From Fibrobacteria bacterium (GTDB taxonomy: Bacteria > Fibrobacterota > Chitinivibrionia > Chitinivibrionales > FEN-1185), in the NCBI GenBank assembly GCA_037447435.1, contig JBBIGR010000010.1, positions 1 to 64,000 of the forward strand: a DNA stretch of 64,000 bases. Reading direction: 5' to 3'. Each line of letters starts with the position of its first letter. Positions within the stretch are counted from its first letter, which is position 1. Below the pieces are notes generated by a model, which worked only from the letters and a program-made list of their open reading frames with translations, had not been told where the DNA came from and did not search any database. Position numbers and translations under genes: made by a program. Below, piece after piece: positions 9,169-19,144 of the stretch.

Positions 9169-10233
9169 CTATGGAGTGATTCGATCGAGGGAATCCCGTT
9201 GATCATGCGAATCAAGGTTCAAACACACCTTCCCGCACACCGCAATAAATTCCTGCCTGTTCATATTCCATTTGCAGGTGTTTATCAACCACGAACATAT
9301 TTCAAACGCCAATTCGCACGCGTTGGGGTCGATATGGTCGACGGTGGGCATGAGCCTGAATTTCTTTTCCACGGCAATAGGGTCTTTCTTATCGGTCCAT
9401 AAACCGATGAGCTCCCACTGCAATGTATCGCCGGTAAACGGATCGGTTTTTCCATGCAGTACCGCCTCATGAATCCGTTGCTCGTAAAAGGCTTCGGACC
9501 CGCGTAATGCCCATTGCTTGTTGAGATGTTTATCCTGATGATATATCACATGGGCTTTATGATGAAGCCATTTTCTATAGAATGCCGGCGTAATAATGCC
9601 TTCCAGAAAATCCGGCGGAAAATATTTCGGAGGATCTTTCATTTCTCCTTGCTCGTGTTTTCTCTCAGCCATTGTCGCTATCGGTCTTGTTTCTTTTCCC
9701 CCTTCTCCATAAAATGGAGAAGGGGTTAGGGGCTGAGGCGTGCCGTCGAAGGCATTCTTTTCGAATTCCACGATCTTCCTGCACATTTCTACAAATTCCA
9801 TAGGGTTTTGCTGGCTTTTGCAGGCGTTTATTTGCCACGAGCAAATCTCCAATGCCAATTCCCGTGCTTCGGGATCGATGTGGTCCACGGTCGGCATCGA
9901 ATAAAATTGCTTTTGGTATACGGTATCGCCGCTGGCCCGTTGAGGATCCCAGGAATGGATCAGGTCGAACCGTAAATGATCTTTAGTAAACGGATCGATG
10001 CCGTTGCCGGCGATCACGGCTTCGTGGATGACGGCACCGTAACGGAGTGACGGGTTTTTAATCAGCCAGGGCGATTTTCTCAGCATGTCCCGATGATGCA
10101 CGTCATACGCTTTATCAACGATCCAACCGCTGTACTCCTTCGGCGTCATTATGTCGCTTAAAAAATCGGGTATCGGATATTTCAAAGCGTTCATATAGCT
10201 ACAATTTATATTATGGTTGCCTTTTTTCTTCAC
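9169..10233 (-). CDS. Protein with two tandem HNH-like (beta-beta-alpha-Me) nuclease domains
   Basis: Two ~140-aa repeats, each with IHEAV..DPFT...MPTVDHIDP...EICSWxINxCK. The true start may be the ATG at 10194. Confidence 0.7.
   Translation of the reverse strand: MKKKGNHNINCSYMNALKYPIPDFLSDIMTPKEYSGWIVDKAYDVHHRDMLRKSPWLIKNPSLRYGAVIHEAVIAGNGIDPFTKDHLRFDLIHSWDPQRASGDTVYQKQFYSMPTVDHIDPEARELALEICSWQINACKSQQNPMEFVEMCRKIVEFEKNAFDGTPQPLTPSPFYGEGGKETRPIATMAERKHEQGEMKDPPKYFPPDFLEGIITPAFYRKWLHHKAHVIYHQDKHLNKQWALRGSEAFYEQRIHEAVLHGKTDPFTGDTLQWELIGLWTDKKDPIAVEKKFRLMPTVDHIDPNACELAFEICSWLINTCKWNMNRQEFIAVCGKVCLNLDSHDQRDSLDRITP
9184..9222. repeat. 9-bp-period ATC/GAT micro-repeat
   Basis: ATC at 9184, 9193, 9202 and 9211; encodes LNLDSHDQRDSLD on the minus strand. 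Confidence 0.5.
9697..9738. repeat. REP-like palindromic element, copy 2
   Basis: Perfect 12-bp stem ccccttctccat-aaa-atggagaagggg (9699-9725) followed by ttaggggctgagg; encodes PQPLTPSPFYGEGG. Confidence 0.85.
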
Positions 10234-10265
10234 GCTTTCACCTTCTTAAAAGGAACACAATTGCC

Positions 10266-11273
10266 ATGGCATTCGATATAACGTTTCTTGCCGGAAGTCT
10301 TTTGCTGATTTTATTCTGTTGCGCCGTTTTCGTGAATGCAATCGAACATGTGGGAAATTCATTCAATTTGCATCAGGGAATCGTGGGCAGCATTCTTGCC
10401 GCGGTCGGGACCGCGCTTCCGGAAACCATCATTCCTATTATAGCGGTTTTTTTCGGGAACAAAACCGGGCATGGTGCCGCCATCGGCATCGGCGCGATTG
10501 CCGGTGCGCCGTTTATGCTGGGGACACTGGCGTTTTTCATCACCGGTTTGGCGGTCATCGTGTACGCATTACTTGGCAAACGAGAGCTCACCATGCCCGT
10601 CAACAGGGCAAGCATGTCCCGCGATCTCACGTTTTTCCTTATTTTCTATATGGCAGGGATCGGTTCTACATTCGTACACGACAATATTCTTCTGAAATCC
10701 CTTATCGCGATTGCCTTGATTGTTTCCTATGCCTTGTACCTGCGGCAAACCGTCAATGCGGAAGGGGAGGAAATCGGCAAAATCGACACGCTGTATCTGT
10801 CCAAATTTCTGAAATTGCCCAATAACAGGTTTTTTATTTTTGCGCAGGTGTTTTTAAGCCTTGCCCTTCTTGTCTGGGGCGCGCATTTGTTTATCAAATA
10901 TGTGGAAATCATGTCCGTCGCAGTCGGGGTCGCTCCGCTGATATTATCGCTTATCATCACGCCCATAGCGACCGAAATGCCCGAAAAGCTTAATTCCATC
11001 ATCTGGATCGGCAAGAAAAAAGATACGCTTGCATTGGGCAATATCACGGGCGCAATGGTTTTCCAAAGCTGCTTTCCGGTCGCGTTCGGGATGCTCTTTA
11101 CACATTGGGATTTGCGCGGCATTACCCTCGTTTCCGCAGGCCTTGCATTCGTGTCCGCGCTCTCGGTCCTGCTCTGGATACGAGTCAAAAAAACGCTCAA
11201 TCCGTTTATTCTGCTTTTAGGAGGCGTTTTTTACTCTGTTTTATTCTTTTTTATTGTGCATAAACCCGGGTAA
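10266..11273 (+). CDS. Sodium:calcium (CaCA-family) antiporter
   Basis: Multiple TM helices; alpha repeats GTALPE and ATEMPE...ALGNITGA. Confidence 0.9.
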   Translation: MAFDITFLAGSLLLILFCCAVFVNAIEHVGNSFNLHQGIVGSILAAVGTALPETIIPIIAVFFGNKTGHGAAIGIGAIAGAPFMLGTLAFFITGLAVIVYALLGKRELTMPVNRASMSRDLTFFLIFYMAGIGSTFVHDNILLKSLIAIALIVSYALYLRQTVNAEGEEIGKIDTLYLSKFLKLPNNRFFIFAQVFLSLALLVWGAHLFIKYVEIMSVAVGVAPLILSLIITPIATEMPEKLNSIIWIGKKKDTLALGNITGAMVFQSCFPVAFGMLFTHWDLRGITLVSAGLAFVSALSVLLWIRVKKTLNPFILLLGGVFYSVLFFFIVHKPG

Positions 11274-11352
11274 TACCTTCCTTGCAGGAAGGCAAATTAT
11301 CATTAAAAATATTAGGATAGAATAAGCGTAGTATTTTGTTTCCATTCATGGC

Positions 11353-11381
11353 TTGACTCTTTGGTTTCAAAACATTATTTT
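11353..11381 (+). promoter_or_regulatory. Sigma70 promoter for the carA operon leader
   Basis: TTGACT (11353-58), 17-nt spacer, TATTTT (11376-81). Confidence 0.6.
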
Positions 11382-11402
11382 GATGCAGGTTTAAAAAGCA
11401 AG

Positions 11403-11450
11403 GCACTAAATGTAGTGGTGACGCTCCCAAAGGTGTCCCAAATATAGGAT
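11403..11450. promoter_or_regulatory. Tandem NrdR-like boxes
   Basis: gCACTAaATgTAGTGg (11403-18) and gtcCcAaATATAGgat (11435-50) versus consensus acaCwAtATaTwGtgt; starts are 32 bp apart. Confidence 0.65.
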
Positions 11451-11545
11451 ATGATGCAGGTTTTTGCGAAAGGCATTCGGATTTAGAACATGCTGAAAAC
11501 AGCCCGGCATATCACGAATATAAAAAAATGTAGCCAGGGTGTTTT

Positions 11546-11598
11546 CTCTTCAAATCTTCATGGAGGTGTTTGGCCTCCAGGAAAGATTTGCCATAGAG
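11546..11598 (+). promoter_or_regulatory. Structured leader hairpin, candidate attenuator element
   Basis: caaatctt/aagatttg and tggagg/cctcca stems, with outer ctct/agag. Confidence 0.55.
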
Positions 11599-11615
11599 TC
11601 GGATTTTTTTTAATC

Positions 11616-11653
11616 AGACACTTACCCACAAAAGGGTAGGTGTCTTTTTTTTT
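11616..11653 (+). terminator. Intrinsic terminator in the 5' leader of carA
   Basis: agacacttaccc-acaaaa-gggtaggtgtct followed by a long T run, about 40 nt before the carA start. Confidence 0.85.
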
Positions 11654-11691
11654 ATACAAGTTTGTGCTGATAATAAAAGAAGAGGTACATT

Positions 11692-12786
11692 TTGAAAGGC
11701 ATACTCGCTTTAGAAGACGGAACGGTTTTTAAAGGTGAAGGCTTTGGAGCCGCAGGCGAATGTTTGGGAGAGGTAGTATTCAATACCAGCCTTACCGGCT
11801 ATCAGGAAATACTGACCGATCCATCCTACTGCTCGCAAATCGTTACCATGACCTATCCGCTTATCGGCAATTACGGGGTAAACGACGGAGACATCGAATC
11901 CGGCCGCATTCAGGTCTCCGGATTCGTAGTGAAAGAAGCATGCCCGTATCCTTCCAATTTCCGCTCGCAAAAAAGCATTGGCGCGTATCTGAAGGAAAAC
12001 AATATCGTCGGCGTAAGCGGTGTCGATACCCGCAAACTCACCAGACATACCCGTCTTATCGGTGCGATGAAAGGCATAATTTGGGCGGGTGAAAAAGCGC
12101 CGTCTAATGCCGAACTTGTCGACAAGGCAAAAGCATGGGTGGGTTTGGTCGGAGTCGATATCGTAAAAAACGTGACCTGTAAAAAAGCATATGAATGGGA
12201 TCCGAAGTCCGATAAACCGGCCAAATTCCATGTCGTGGCATTCGACTTCGGCATTAAATTCAATATTCTGCGGATTTTGAGGTCTCTTGGATGTAAAGTT
12301 ACCGTGGTTCCCGCGTCCACGACCGCAAAAGAGGTCATGGCGTATAAACCCGACGGCGTTTTTCTCAGTAACGGCCCCGGCGATCCTGCAGCCGTGACCT
12401 ATGCCGTCGAAACGATTAAAACTCTCATCGGTACGCTGCCGATTTTCGGGATTTGTCTCGGCCATCAACTTTCCGCGCTTGCCTTAGGCGCAAAAACGTA
12501 TAAGCTTAAATTCGGGCATCGCGGCGGCAATCATCCGGTGAAAAACCTGGAAACCGGCGGCATCGCCATTACCTCGCAAAACCATGGTTTCTGCGTGGAC
12601 ATGGACAGTCTCAAATCGCTCGGAATAAAAATGACCCAGCTTAATCTTAACGACAATACCTGCGAAGGTCTTGCGGATTTGGACAAAAAGATTTTCTGCG
12701 TTCAATATCACCCTGAAGCATCGCCCGGTCCCCACGATTCGGGATATTTATTCAAGCAGTTCATTGATATGATGGAGAAAAATTAA
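11692..12786 (+). CDS. carA: Carbamoyl-phosphate synthase small subunit
   Basis: GEVVFNTSLTGYQEILTDPSY, LSNGPGDP, GICLGHQ, QYHPEASPGPHD; TTG start after GAGG. Confidence 0.98.
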   Translation: MKGILALEDGTVFKGEGFGAAGECLGEVVFNTSLTGYQEILTDPSYCSQIVTMTYPLIGNYGVNDGDIESGRIQVSGFVVKEACPYPSNFRSQKSIGAYLKENNIVGVSGVDTRKLTRHTRLIGAMKGIIWAGEKAPSNAELVDKAKAWVGLVGVDIVKNVTCKKAYEWDPKSDKPAKFHVVAFDFGIKFNILRILRSLGCKVTVVPASTTAKEVMAYKPDGVFLSNGPGDPAAVTYAVETIKTLIGTLPIFGICLGHQLSALALGAKTYKLKFGHRGGNHPVKNLETGGIAITSQNHGFCVDMDSLKSLGIKMTQLNLNDNTCEGLADLDKKIFCVQYHPEASPGPHDSGYLFKQFIDMMEKN

Positions 12787-15700
12787 ATGCCAAAACGGAC
12801 GGATATCCATAAAATTCTCATAATCGGAAGCGGTCCGATTATCATAGGGCAAGCTTGCGAATTCGATTATTCCGGGACTCAGGCATGCAAGGCGTTGCGT
12901 GAAGAGGGCTTCGAAGTCGTTCTTGTAAATTCGAACCCGGCAACGATCATGACCGATCCCAATACGGCAAACCGCACGTATATCGAGCCGATCACACCCG
13001 AAATCGTCGAGAAAATCATTGCGCGTGAACGGCCCGATGCCCTGCTGCCCACCATGGGAGGCCAAACCGGTCTCAACACCGCCATGGAACTTGCCGAAAA
13101 CGGCGTTCTGCAACGGTATAATGTCCAGCTCATCGGCGCGAATTACGATGCGATCAAACGCGCCGAAAACCGGAGCGAATTCAAACAGGCAATGCTTCGT
13201 ATCGGCCTCGATTTGCCTAAGAGCGCATTTGCCTACAATATGGACGAAGCGTGGAAAATCGCAAAAGACATCGGTTTCCCGCTCATCATCCGGCCTAGTT
13301 TTACCATGGGCGGAACCGGCGGCGGCATCGCAATGACCGAAGACGCTTTCGAACGCATTGCCGAATACGGTTTGAATTGCTCGCGCATCAACGAAATCCT
13401 CATCGAGGAATCGGTTATCGGTTGGAAAGAGTATGAACTCGAAATCATGCGCGACAAGGCCGACAATGTCGTCATCATTTGCTCCATCGAAAACCTCGAC
13501 CCCATGGGAATACACACCGGCGACAGCATAACGGTAGCGCCCGCACAAACATTGACCGACCGGCAATATCAGTATATGCGCGACGCATCGGTTTCCATTA
13601 TCCGGGAAATCGGGGTCGAAACCGGCGGATCCAATATCCAGTTTGCGGTCAATCCCAAAGACGGACGAATGGTCGTAATCGAAATGAACCCGCGCGTCAG
13701 CCGCAGCTCTGCGCTCGCGTCAAAGGCGACCGGGTTTCCCATTGCAAAATTCGCGGCAAAATTATCGGTCGGTTTTACGCTCGACGAAATCAGAAACGAC
13801 ATCACGCGCGTCACGCCGGCGTCGTTCGAACCCACCATCGATTACACGGTTGTCAAGATTCCGCGTTTTGCCTTTGAAAAATTTCCGGATGCCGATCCGT
13901 CGCTTGGAATCCAAATGAAATCCGTCGGCGAAACCATGGCAATAGGCCGGACATTCAAAGAAGCGCTGCAAAAAGGTTTACGCGGCCTGGAAATCGGGAA
14001 AAACGGTTTTGAAAAAGTGGCGCGACCCGAAAAAACAAAAGAAGAGGTCCTTGCAAATCTTTCGCTCAAACGCAGCGACAGGATTTTTTTGGTACGGCTT
14101 GCGCTCGACATGGGTATTTCCTCAAAAGAAATTTTCGACGCGTCGGGCATCGATCCCTGGTTCACCGAAAACATGCGCGAAATCGTCGAATACGAGAAAA
14201 CGCTGGTTCCCGGGTTGCTCGCGCAAAGCCCGCAAGACCAGAAATTCGCATTACGCAAGGCGAAGCAATACGGCTTTTCCGATATGCAAATCGGCAAACT
14301 GCTTAAGTCCGACGATCTTGCCATGCGCAAAAAACGCAAGGAACTCGGCGTCGTTTCCACCTATAAGCTCGTCGACACCTGTGCGGCCGAATTCGAAGCA
14401 TACACGCCGTATTATTATTCCACCTACGAAGATGAAGACGAAGGCACGCCGACAAACAAGAAAAAAATCATCATCCTCGGCGGCGGTCCCAACAGAATCG
14501 GCCAGGGAATCGAATTCGATTACTGCTGTTGCCAGGCTTCCTACGCCCTGCGGGAACTCGGCTACGAATCCATCATGGTCAATTCCAATCCCGAAACGGT
14601 GTCAACGGATTACGACACGTCCGACAAACTGTATTTCGAGCCGTTGACTTTCGAAGACGTCATGAACATCATCGATAAAGAAAAACCGTCGGGCGTCATC
14701 GTGCAATTCGGCGGACAAACGCCGCTGAATCTGGCGCGCAAATTGTACGATGCGGGCGCGCCCATCATCGGTACCGGCGTCGAGTCGCTCGAACGTGCCG
14801 GCGACCGCGGCGACTTTTTCAAAATGGTCAAGAAACTCGGCTTGCATCAGGCGGCAAACGCCATGGTTACCTCAAAGCAGGAAGCGTGCGATGCGGCTGC
14901 AAAAATAGGGTATCCGGTGCTTATGCGTCCCTCGTTTGTCTTGGGCGGCCGGGCCATGAACATCGTCTACAACGAAACCGAACTTCTGGCCTGCATCGAA
15001 GAGGCGCAGGCGGTGGCCGAAAACCGGCCATTGCTTATAGATAAATTCATTTCCGAAGCCATCGAAGTCGACGTCGATGCGGTGTCCGACGGGTATCGCA
15101 CCATGATCTGCGGCATCATGGAACATATCGAGGAAGCGGGCATACATTCGGGCGACAGTGCCTGCGTGCTTCCGCCGCATACCCTGTCCGACGACATTAT
15201 CGACGAAATACGGCGCCAGACCATTGCGATCGCTATGGAACTCAAGGTCGTTGGGCTTCTCAACATCCAGTTCGCCATTAAAGACGACGTCGTTTACATT
15301 ATCGAAGTGAACCCGCGCGCGTCCCGTACCGTGCCGTTCGTTTCCAAAGCCATCGGAATACCGTGGGCGAAAATTGCGGCAAAGGTCATGACCGGCGTCA
15401 AGCTCGACGAAATACCGGAAGCGATTGAAAAAAGGATCGATTATTTCGCGGTCAAGGAATCCGTGCTGCCGTTTAATAAATTTCCCGGTGCCGACACGGT
15501 TTTGGGGCCCGAAATGAAATCGACAGGCGAAGTCATGGGTATCGACAAAGACTTCGGACTCGCCTTTGCCAAGTCCCAGGAAGCGGCGGGAAACATTTTA
15601 CCGCGCTCGGGCACGGTGTTTCTCAGCGTCAAGAACAGCATGCGCCGCAATATCATTTTTATGGCGAAAAAAATGGCGGATATGGGCTTCAAGATCTGTG

Positions 15701-16077
15701 CTTCCGAAGGCACCTGCAAAGTGCTTCGAAGCAACGGCGTCAATGCCAAGGAAGTGCCCAAAATCGGCGAAGGCAAACCCGATATCATAGACCTGATCAA
15801 AGGCGACGATATCGACCTTATCATCAATGTGGTTTCGGGGCGCAAATCGCAAATCGATTCAAAACCGATCCGCAGCGCAGCGGTTGTACAGGGAATTCCA
15901 TATATAACAACGCTCGAGGCGGCGCAGGCAGCCATCAGCGGAATGGATTCATTGGAAAAAACCGGGTTTACCGTAAAAGCCATTCAGGACTACAATCACG
16001 GCACGTTACGGCGGAGCTCGACAACAACCGGCAATTGCGATATCAATTTCAGAAAATCATTATGGAGCGCAGCATAA
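12787..16077 (+). CDS. carB: Carbamoyl-phosphate synthase large subunit
   Basis: MPKRTDI...[28 protein letters not shown], duplicated ATP-grasp domains, MGS tail. Confidence 0.98.
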   Translation: MPKRTDIHKILIIGSGPIIIGQACEFDYSGTQACKALREEGFEVVLVNSNPATIMTDPNTANRTYIEPITPEIVEKIIARERPDALLPTMGGQTGLNTAMELAENGVLQRYNVQLIGANYDAIKRAENRSEFKQAMLRIGLDLPKSAFAYNMDEAWKIAKDIGFPLIIRPSFTMGGTGGGIAMTEDAFERIAEYGLNCSRINEILIEESVIGWKEYELEIMRDKADNVVIICSIENLDPMGIHTGDSITVAPAQTLTDRQYQYMRDASVSIIREIGVETGGSNIQFAVNPKDGRMVVIEMNPRVSRSSALASKATGFPIAKFAAKLSVGFTLDEIRNDITRVTPASFEPTIDYTVVKIPRFAFEKFPDADPSLGIQMKSVGETMAIGRTFKEALQKGLRGLEIGKNGFEKVARPEKTKEEVLANLSLKRSDRIFLVRLALDMGISSKEIFDASGIDPWFTENMREIVEYEKTLVPGLLAQSPQDQKFALRKAKQYGFSDMQIGKLLKSDDLAMRKKRKELGVVSTYKLVDTCAAEFEAYTPYYYSTYEDEDEGTPTNKKKIIILGGGPNRIGQGIEFDYCCCQASYALRELGYESIMVNSNPETVSTDYDTSDKLYFEPLTFEDVMNIIDKEKPSGVIVQFGGQTPLNLARKLYDAGAPIIGTGVESLERAGDRGDFFKMVKKLGLHQAANAMVTSKQEACDAAAKIGYPVLMRPSFVLGGRAMNIVYNETELLACIEEAQAVAENRPLLIDKFISEAIEVDVDAVSDGYRTMICGIMEHIEEAGIHSGDSACVLPPHTLSDDIIDEIRRQTIAIAMELKVVGLLNIQFAIKDDVVYIIEVNPRASRTVPFVSKAIGIPWAKIAAKVMTGVKLDEIPEAIEKRIDYFAVKESVLPFNKFPGADTVLGPEMKSTGEVMGIDKDFGLAFAKSQEAAGNILPRSGTVFLSVKNSMRRNIIFMAKKMADMGFKICASEGTCKVLRSNGVNAKEVPKIGEGKPDIIDLIKGDDIDLIINVVSGRKSQIDSKPIRSAAVVQGIPYITTLEAAQAAISGMDSLEKTGFTVKAIQDYNHGTLRRSSTTTGNCDINFRKSLWSAA

Positions 16078-16098
16078 CCTTTTCTTTCGGAGCAATGC

Positions 16099-17706
16099 AT
16101 GCCCAAATACATATTCGTAACAGGCGGAGTCGTTTCATCGCTGGGTAAAGGCATCACTGCCGCATCGGTCGGCGTTTTACTCAAGTCGCGCGGTCTTAAT
16201 GTTGCGCATCAGAAATTCGATCCGTATCTCAATGTCGATCCGGGTACAATGAATCCGTATCAGCACGGTGAAGTGTACGTTACCGACGACGGTGCCGAAA
16301 CCGATCTGGACCTGGGGCATTACGAACGGTTCACCGGCGTTACCACAAGTAAAAACAGCAATTACACTGCCGGCCGCATCTACGACGCGATCATTAAAAA
16401 AGAACGTCGCGGCGATTATCTGGGCGGCACCGTACAGGTCGTTCCGCATGTTACCACGGAAATATGCAACAGCATCCGCAGCGCGGCAACGCCGGGCACC
16501 GATGTGGTCATATGCGAAATCGGCGGCACCGTGGGCGACATCGAAAGTCTCCCGTTTTTGGAAGCTTTGCGGCAATTTCGGCTGCAGGAAGGTCGTAATA
16601 ACGTATTGTTCATTCATGTTACCCTGATACCGTATTTGCGCCAGGCAGGGGAAATCAAAACCAAGCCGACGCAGCATTCGGTAGGGGAATTGCGTAAAAT
16701 CGGCATCATGCCGGATATTCTTATTTGTCGTACCGAACAACATATAGACAAAGATGCACGAAAGAAAATCTCATTGTTTTGTAATGTCGACGAAGAGGCG
16801 GTAATCGAGGCTTTCGATGCGGCGCATACGATTTACGAAGTGCCGCTCGATTTCGCGGCGCAGGATTTCGATCAGGTCATTATCGATATACTCGGGCTTC
16901 GCGCGGGCCGAAGAAACCTTAAGCCGTGGCGCGACTATGTCGACAGGGTGGTTACCGCCGATAAAACCGTGAATATCGCGATCGTGGGAAAATATTCCGA
17001 GCTTCTTGACGCATATAAATCGATTCACGAGTCCCTGAACCATGCGGGGGCCGCAAACAATGCGAAAGTCAAGATTCTCAGCGTTTCGGCCGAAGACATC
17101 GAGAAAAACGGGGCCGAAAAAATCCTCAAGGATGCCGATGGTATTTTGGTCCCCGGCGGCTTCGGCGGCAGGGGAGTGGAAGGGAAAATTCTCGCAGTGC
17201 AATATGCCCGTGAAAACAAGGTCCCGTATTTCGGCATCTGCTACGGAATGCATATGGCGGTCATAGAATTCGCGAGAAACGTTTTAAAGCTCGAGGATGC
17301 GGACACCACCGAAAACAACGCCGAAACAAAATTCCCGGTCATTCATTTGATGGAAGAACAAAAGAGAATCATGAACCTCGGCGGGACCATGCGGTTGGGT
17401 GCGTTTCCCTGTACGCTTAAAAAGAGCTCCCTCGCGCGAAAAGCGTACGGCAAAGACCAGATATCCGAGCGTCACCGTCACCGTTACGAGTATAATAACG
17501 AATTTAAGGAACAGTTCGAAAAAGCCGGTCTATCGGTATGCGGCGAATCGCCCGACGGAATGCTGGTCGAAATGGTCGAAATCCCGAATCATCCGTGGTT
17601 TATGGGAGTTCAGTTTCATCCGGAATTCAAGTCCAGGCCTGTCGATCCCCATCCGCTTTTCAGGGATTTTATCAGTGCGAGTTTGAAACAAGGTAAGAAA
17701 TCTTAA
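16099..17706 (+). CDS. pyrG: CTP synthase
   Basis: [36 protein letters not shown]. Confidence 0.98.
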   Translation: MPKYIFVTGGVVSSLGKGITAASVGVLLKSRGLNVAHQKFDPYLNVDPGTMNPYQHGEVYVTDDGAETDLDLGHYERFTGVTTSKNSNYTAGRIYDAIIKKERRGDYLGGTVQVVPHVTTEICNSIRSAATPGTDVVICEIGGTVGDIESLPFLEALRQFRLQEGRNNVLFIHVTLIPYLRQAGEIKTKPTQHSVGELRKIGIMPDILICRTEQHIDKDARKKISLFCNVDEEAVIEAFDAAHTIYEVPLDFAAQDFDQVIIDILGLRAGRRNLKPWRDYVDRVVTADKTVNIAIVGKYSELLDAYKSIHESLNHAGAANNAKVKILSVSAEDIEKNGAEKILKDADGILVPGGFGGRGVEGKILAVQYARENKVPYFGICYGMHMAVIEFARNVLKLEDADTTENNAETKFPVIHLMEEQKRIMNLGGTMRLGAFPCTLKKSSLARKAYGKDQISERHRHRYEYNNEFKEQFEKAGLSVCGESPDGMLVEMVEIPNHPWFMGVQFHPEFKSRPVDPHPLFRDFISASLKQGKKS

Positions 17707-17734
17707 CACGGTCACCCAGGAAAAACAAACAACG

Positions 17735-19126
17735 ATGAGTACTTTACATGAGGCGTGCGGTATTTTCGGCGTTTACAATAGTCAAGAAGCTGCTGAACTG
17801 ACCTATCTGGGCTTGTTTGCGCTGCAACACAGAGGCCAGGAAAGTTCTGGCATTGCAGTTTCGAATTTTGAAGCTATTTCAATGCACAAAGCAATGGGCC
17901 TGGTCAGTCAGGTGTACCGTAACCGGGACGTCCTCGATAAGCTCAAGGGGCCCATTGCGATCGGGCATAACCGGTATTCGACCACCGGCTCTTCCGATAT
18001 CATCAATGCACAGCCTATTCTCATCAATTGCCGCATAGGGCAAATCGCCGCAGCCCATAACGGAAACCTTACCAATACGATACAGTTGCGCAATGAAATG
18101 GAAAACGACGGGTCAATTTTCTCCTCGACTACCGATACCGAAGTCATCATGCATCTCATTGCCCGGTCCAAACGTGAAAATGTCGAGGCAATGATACTCG
18201 ACGCTCTGTCCCATGTTGCCGGCGCGTATTCGATTCTGTTCATGACCAAAGACGCCCTGTACGGCGCCCGCGATCCGCGCGGTTTTAGGCCCCTTATCAT
18301 CGGTCAATGCGGCGACGCGATGTTTTTATCGTCCGAAACCTGCGCGTTCGATCTGGTCGGCGCAAAAATGATCCGTGAAGTCAAGCCCGGTGAAATGGTC
18401 AAAATCGATAAAAACGGCATCAGATCGTTTAACATTCCGGTGTTCGAACATATCGAAAAACCCTCGCATTGCATTTTCGAATACATTTACTTTTCCCGGC
18501 CCGATTCTTTCGTGTTCGGCGAGAATGTCGATAAAATACGGCGTCGGCTTGGCCGCCAGCTTGCCAAAGACCATCCGGTCGAGGGAGCGAACGTGGTTAT
18601 CGGCGTGCCCGACTCGGCAACAACGGCCGCATTAGGCTATGCGCAGGAAAGCGGCGTCCGTTTCGATATCGGTCTTATCCGAAACCATTATGTGGGCCGT
18701 ACGTTCATTCAGCCCGCACAAACCGGTCGCGATCTCGGCGTCCGGATAAAATTCAATCCTGTCAAAGGCGTGTTAAAAGGCAAAAAAGTGGTTGTTGTAG
18801 ACGATTCGATCGTCCGCGGCACGACCATGAAAAAAATCGTCCGATTATTACGCACTGCCGAACCGGCCGAACTGCATTTGCGGATTTCGTCTCCGCCGAT
18901 CATTTCGCCCTGTTTCTACGGAATCGACATGCCCACGAAAAAAGAGCTTATTGCCTATGAAAAGTCGATTGAGGAAACCAGGAAATACCTTGAAGTCGAT
19001 TCCTTGGGTTATTTGTCCATAGACGGTCTTTTGTCCGTTGTTCCCGAACCCAAGAGGAATTTTTGCGCAGCCTGCTTCAACGGCGAATATCCTATAGCGC
19101 CTACTGCCGAAAACGGGCATTGCTGA
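17735..19126 (+). CDS. purF: Amidophosphoribosyltransferase (Fe-S type, short propeptide)
   Basis: EACGIFG, LQHRGQE, HNRYST, VDDSIVRGTT, PCFYGID, CAACF. Confidence 0.98.
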   Translation: MSTLHEACGIFGVYNSQEAAELTYLGLFALQHRGQESSGIAVSNFEAISMHKAMGLVSQVYRNRDVLDKLKGPIAIGHNRYSTTGSSDIINAQPILINCRIGQIAAAHNGNLTNTIQLRNEMENDGSIFSSTTDTEVIMHLIARSKRENVEAMILDALSHVAGAYSILFMTKDALYGARDPRGFRPLIIGQCGDAMFLSSETCAFDLVGAKMIREVKPGEMVKIDKNGIRSFNIPVFEHIEKPSHCIFEYIYFSRPDSFVFGENVDKIRRRLGRQLAKDHPVEGANVVIGVPDSATTAALGYAQESGVRFDIGLIRNHYVGRTFIQPAQTGRDLGVRIKFNPVKGVLKGKKVVVVDDSIVRGTTMKKIVRLLRTAEPAELHLRISSPPIISPCFYGIDMPTKKELIAYEKSIEETRKYLEVDSLGYLSIDGLLSVVPEPKRNFCAACFNGEYPIAPTAENGHC

Positions 19127-19144
19127 TAGGTTGCTTTGCGATAA

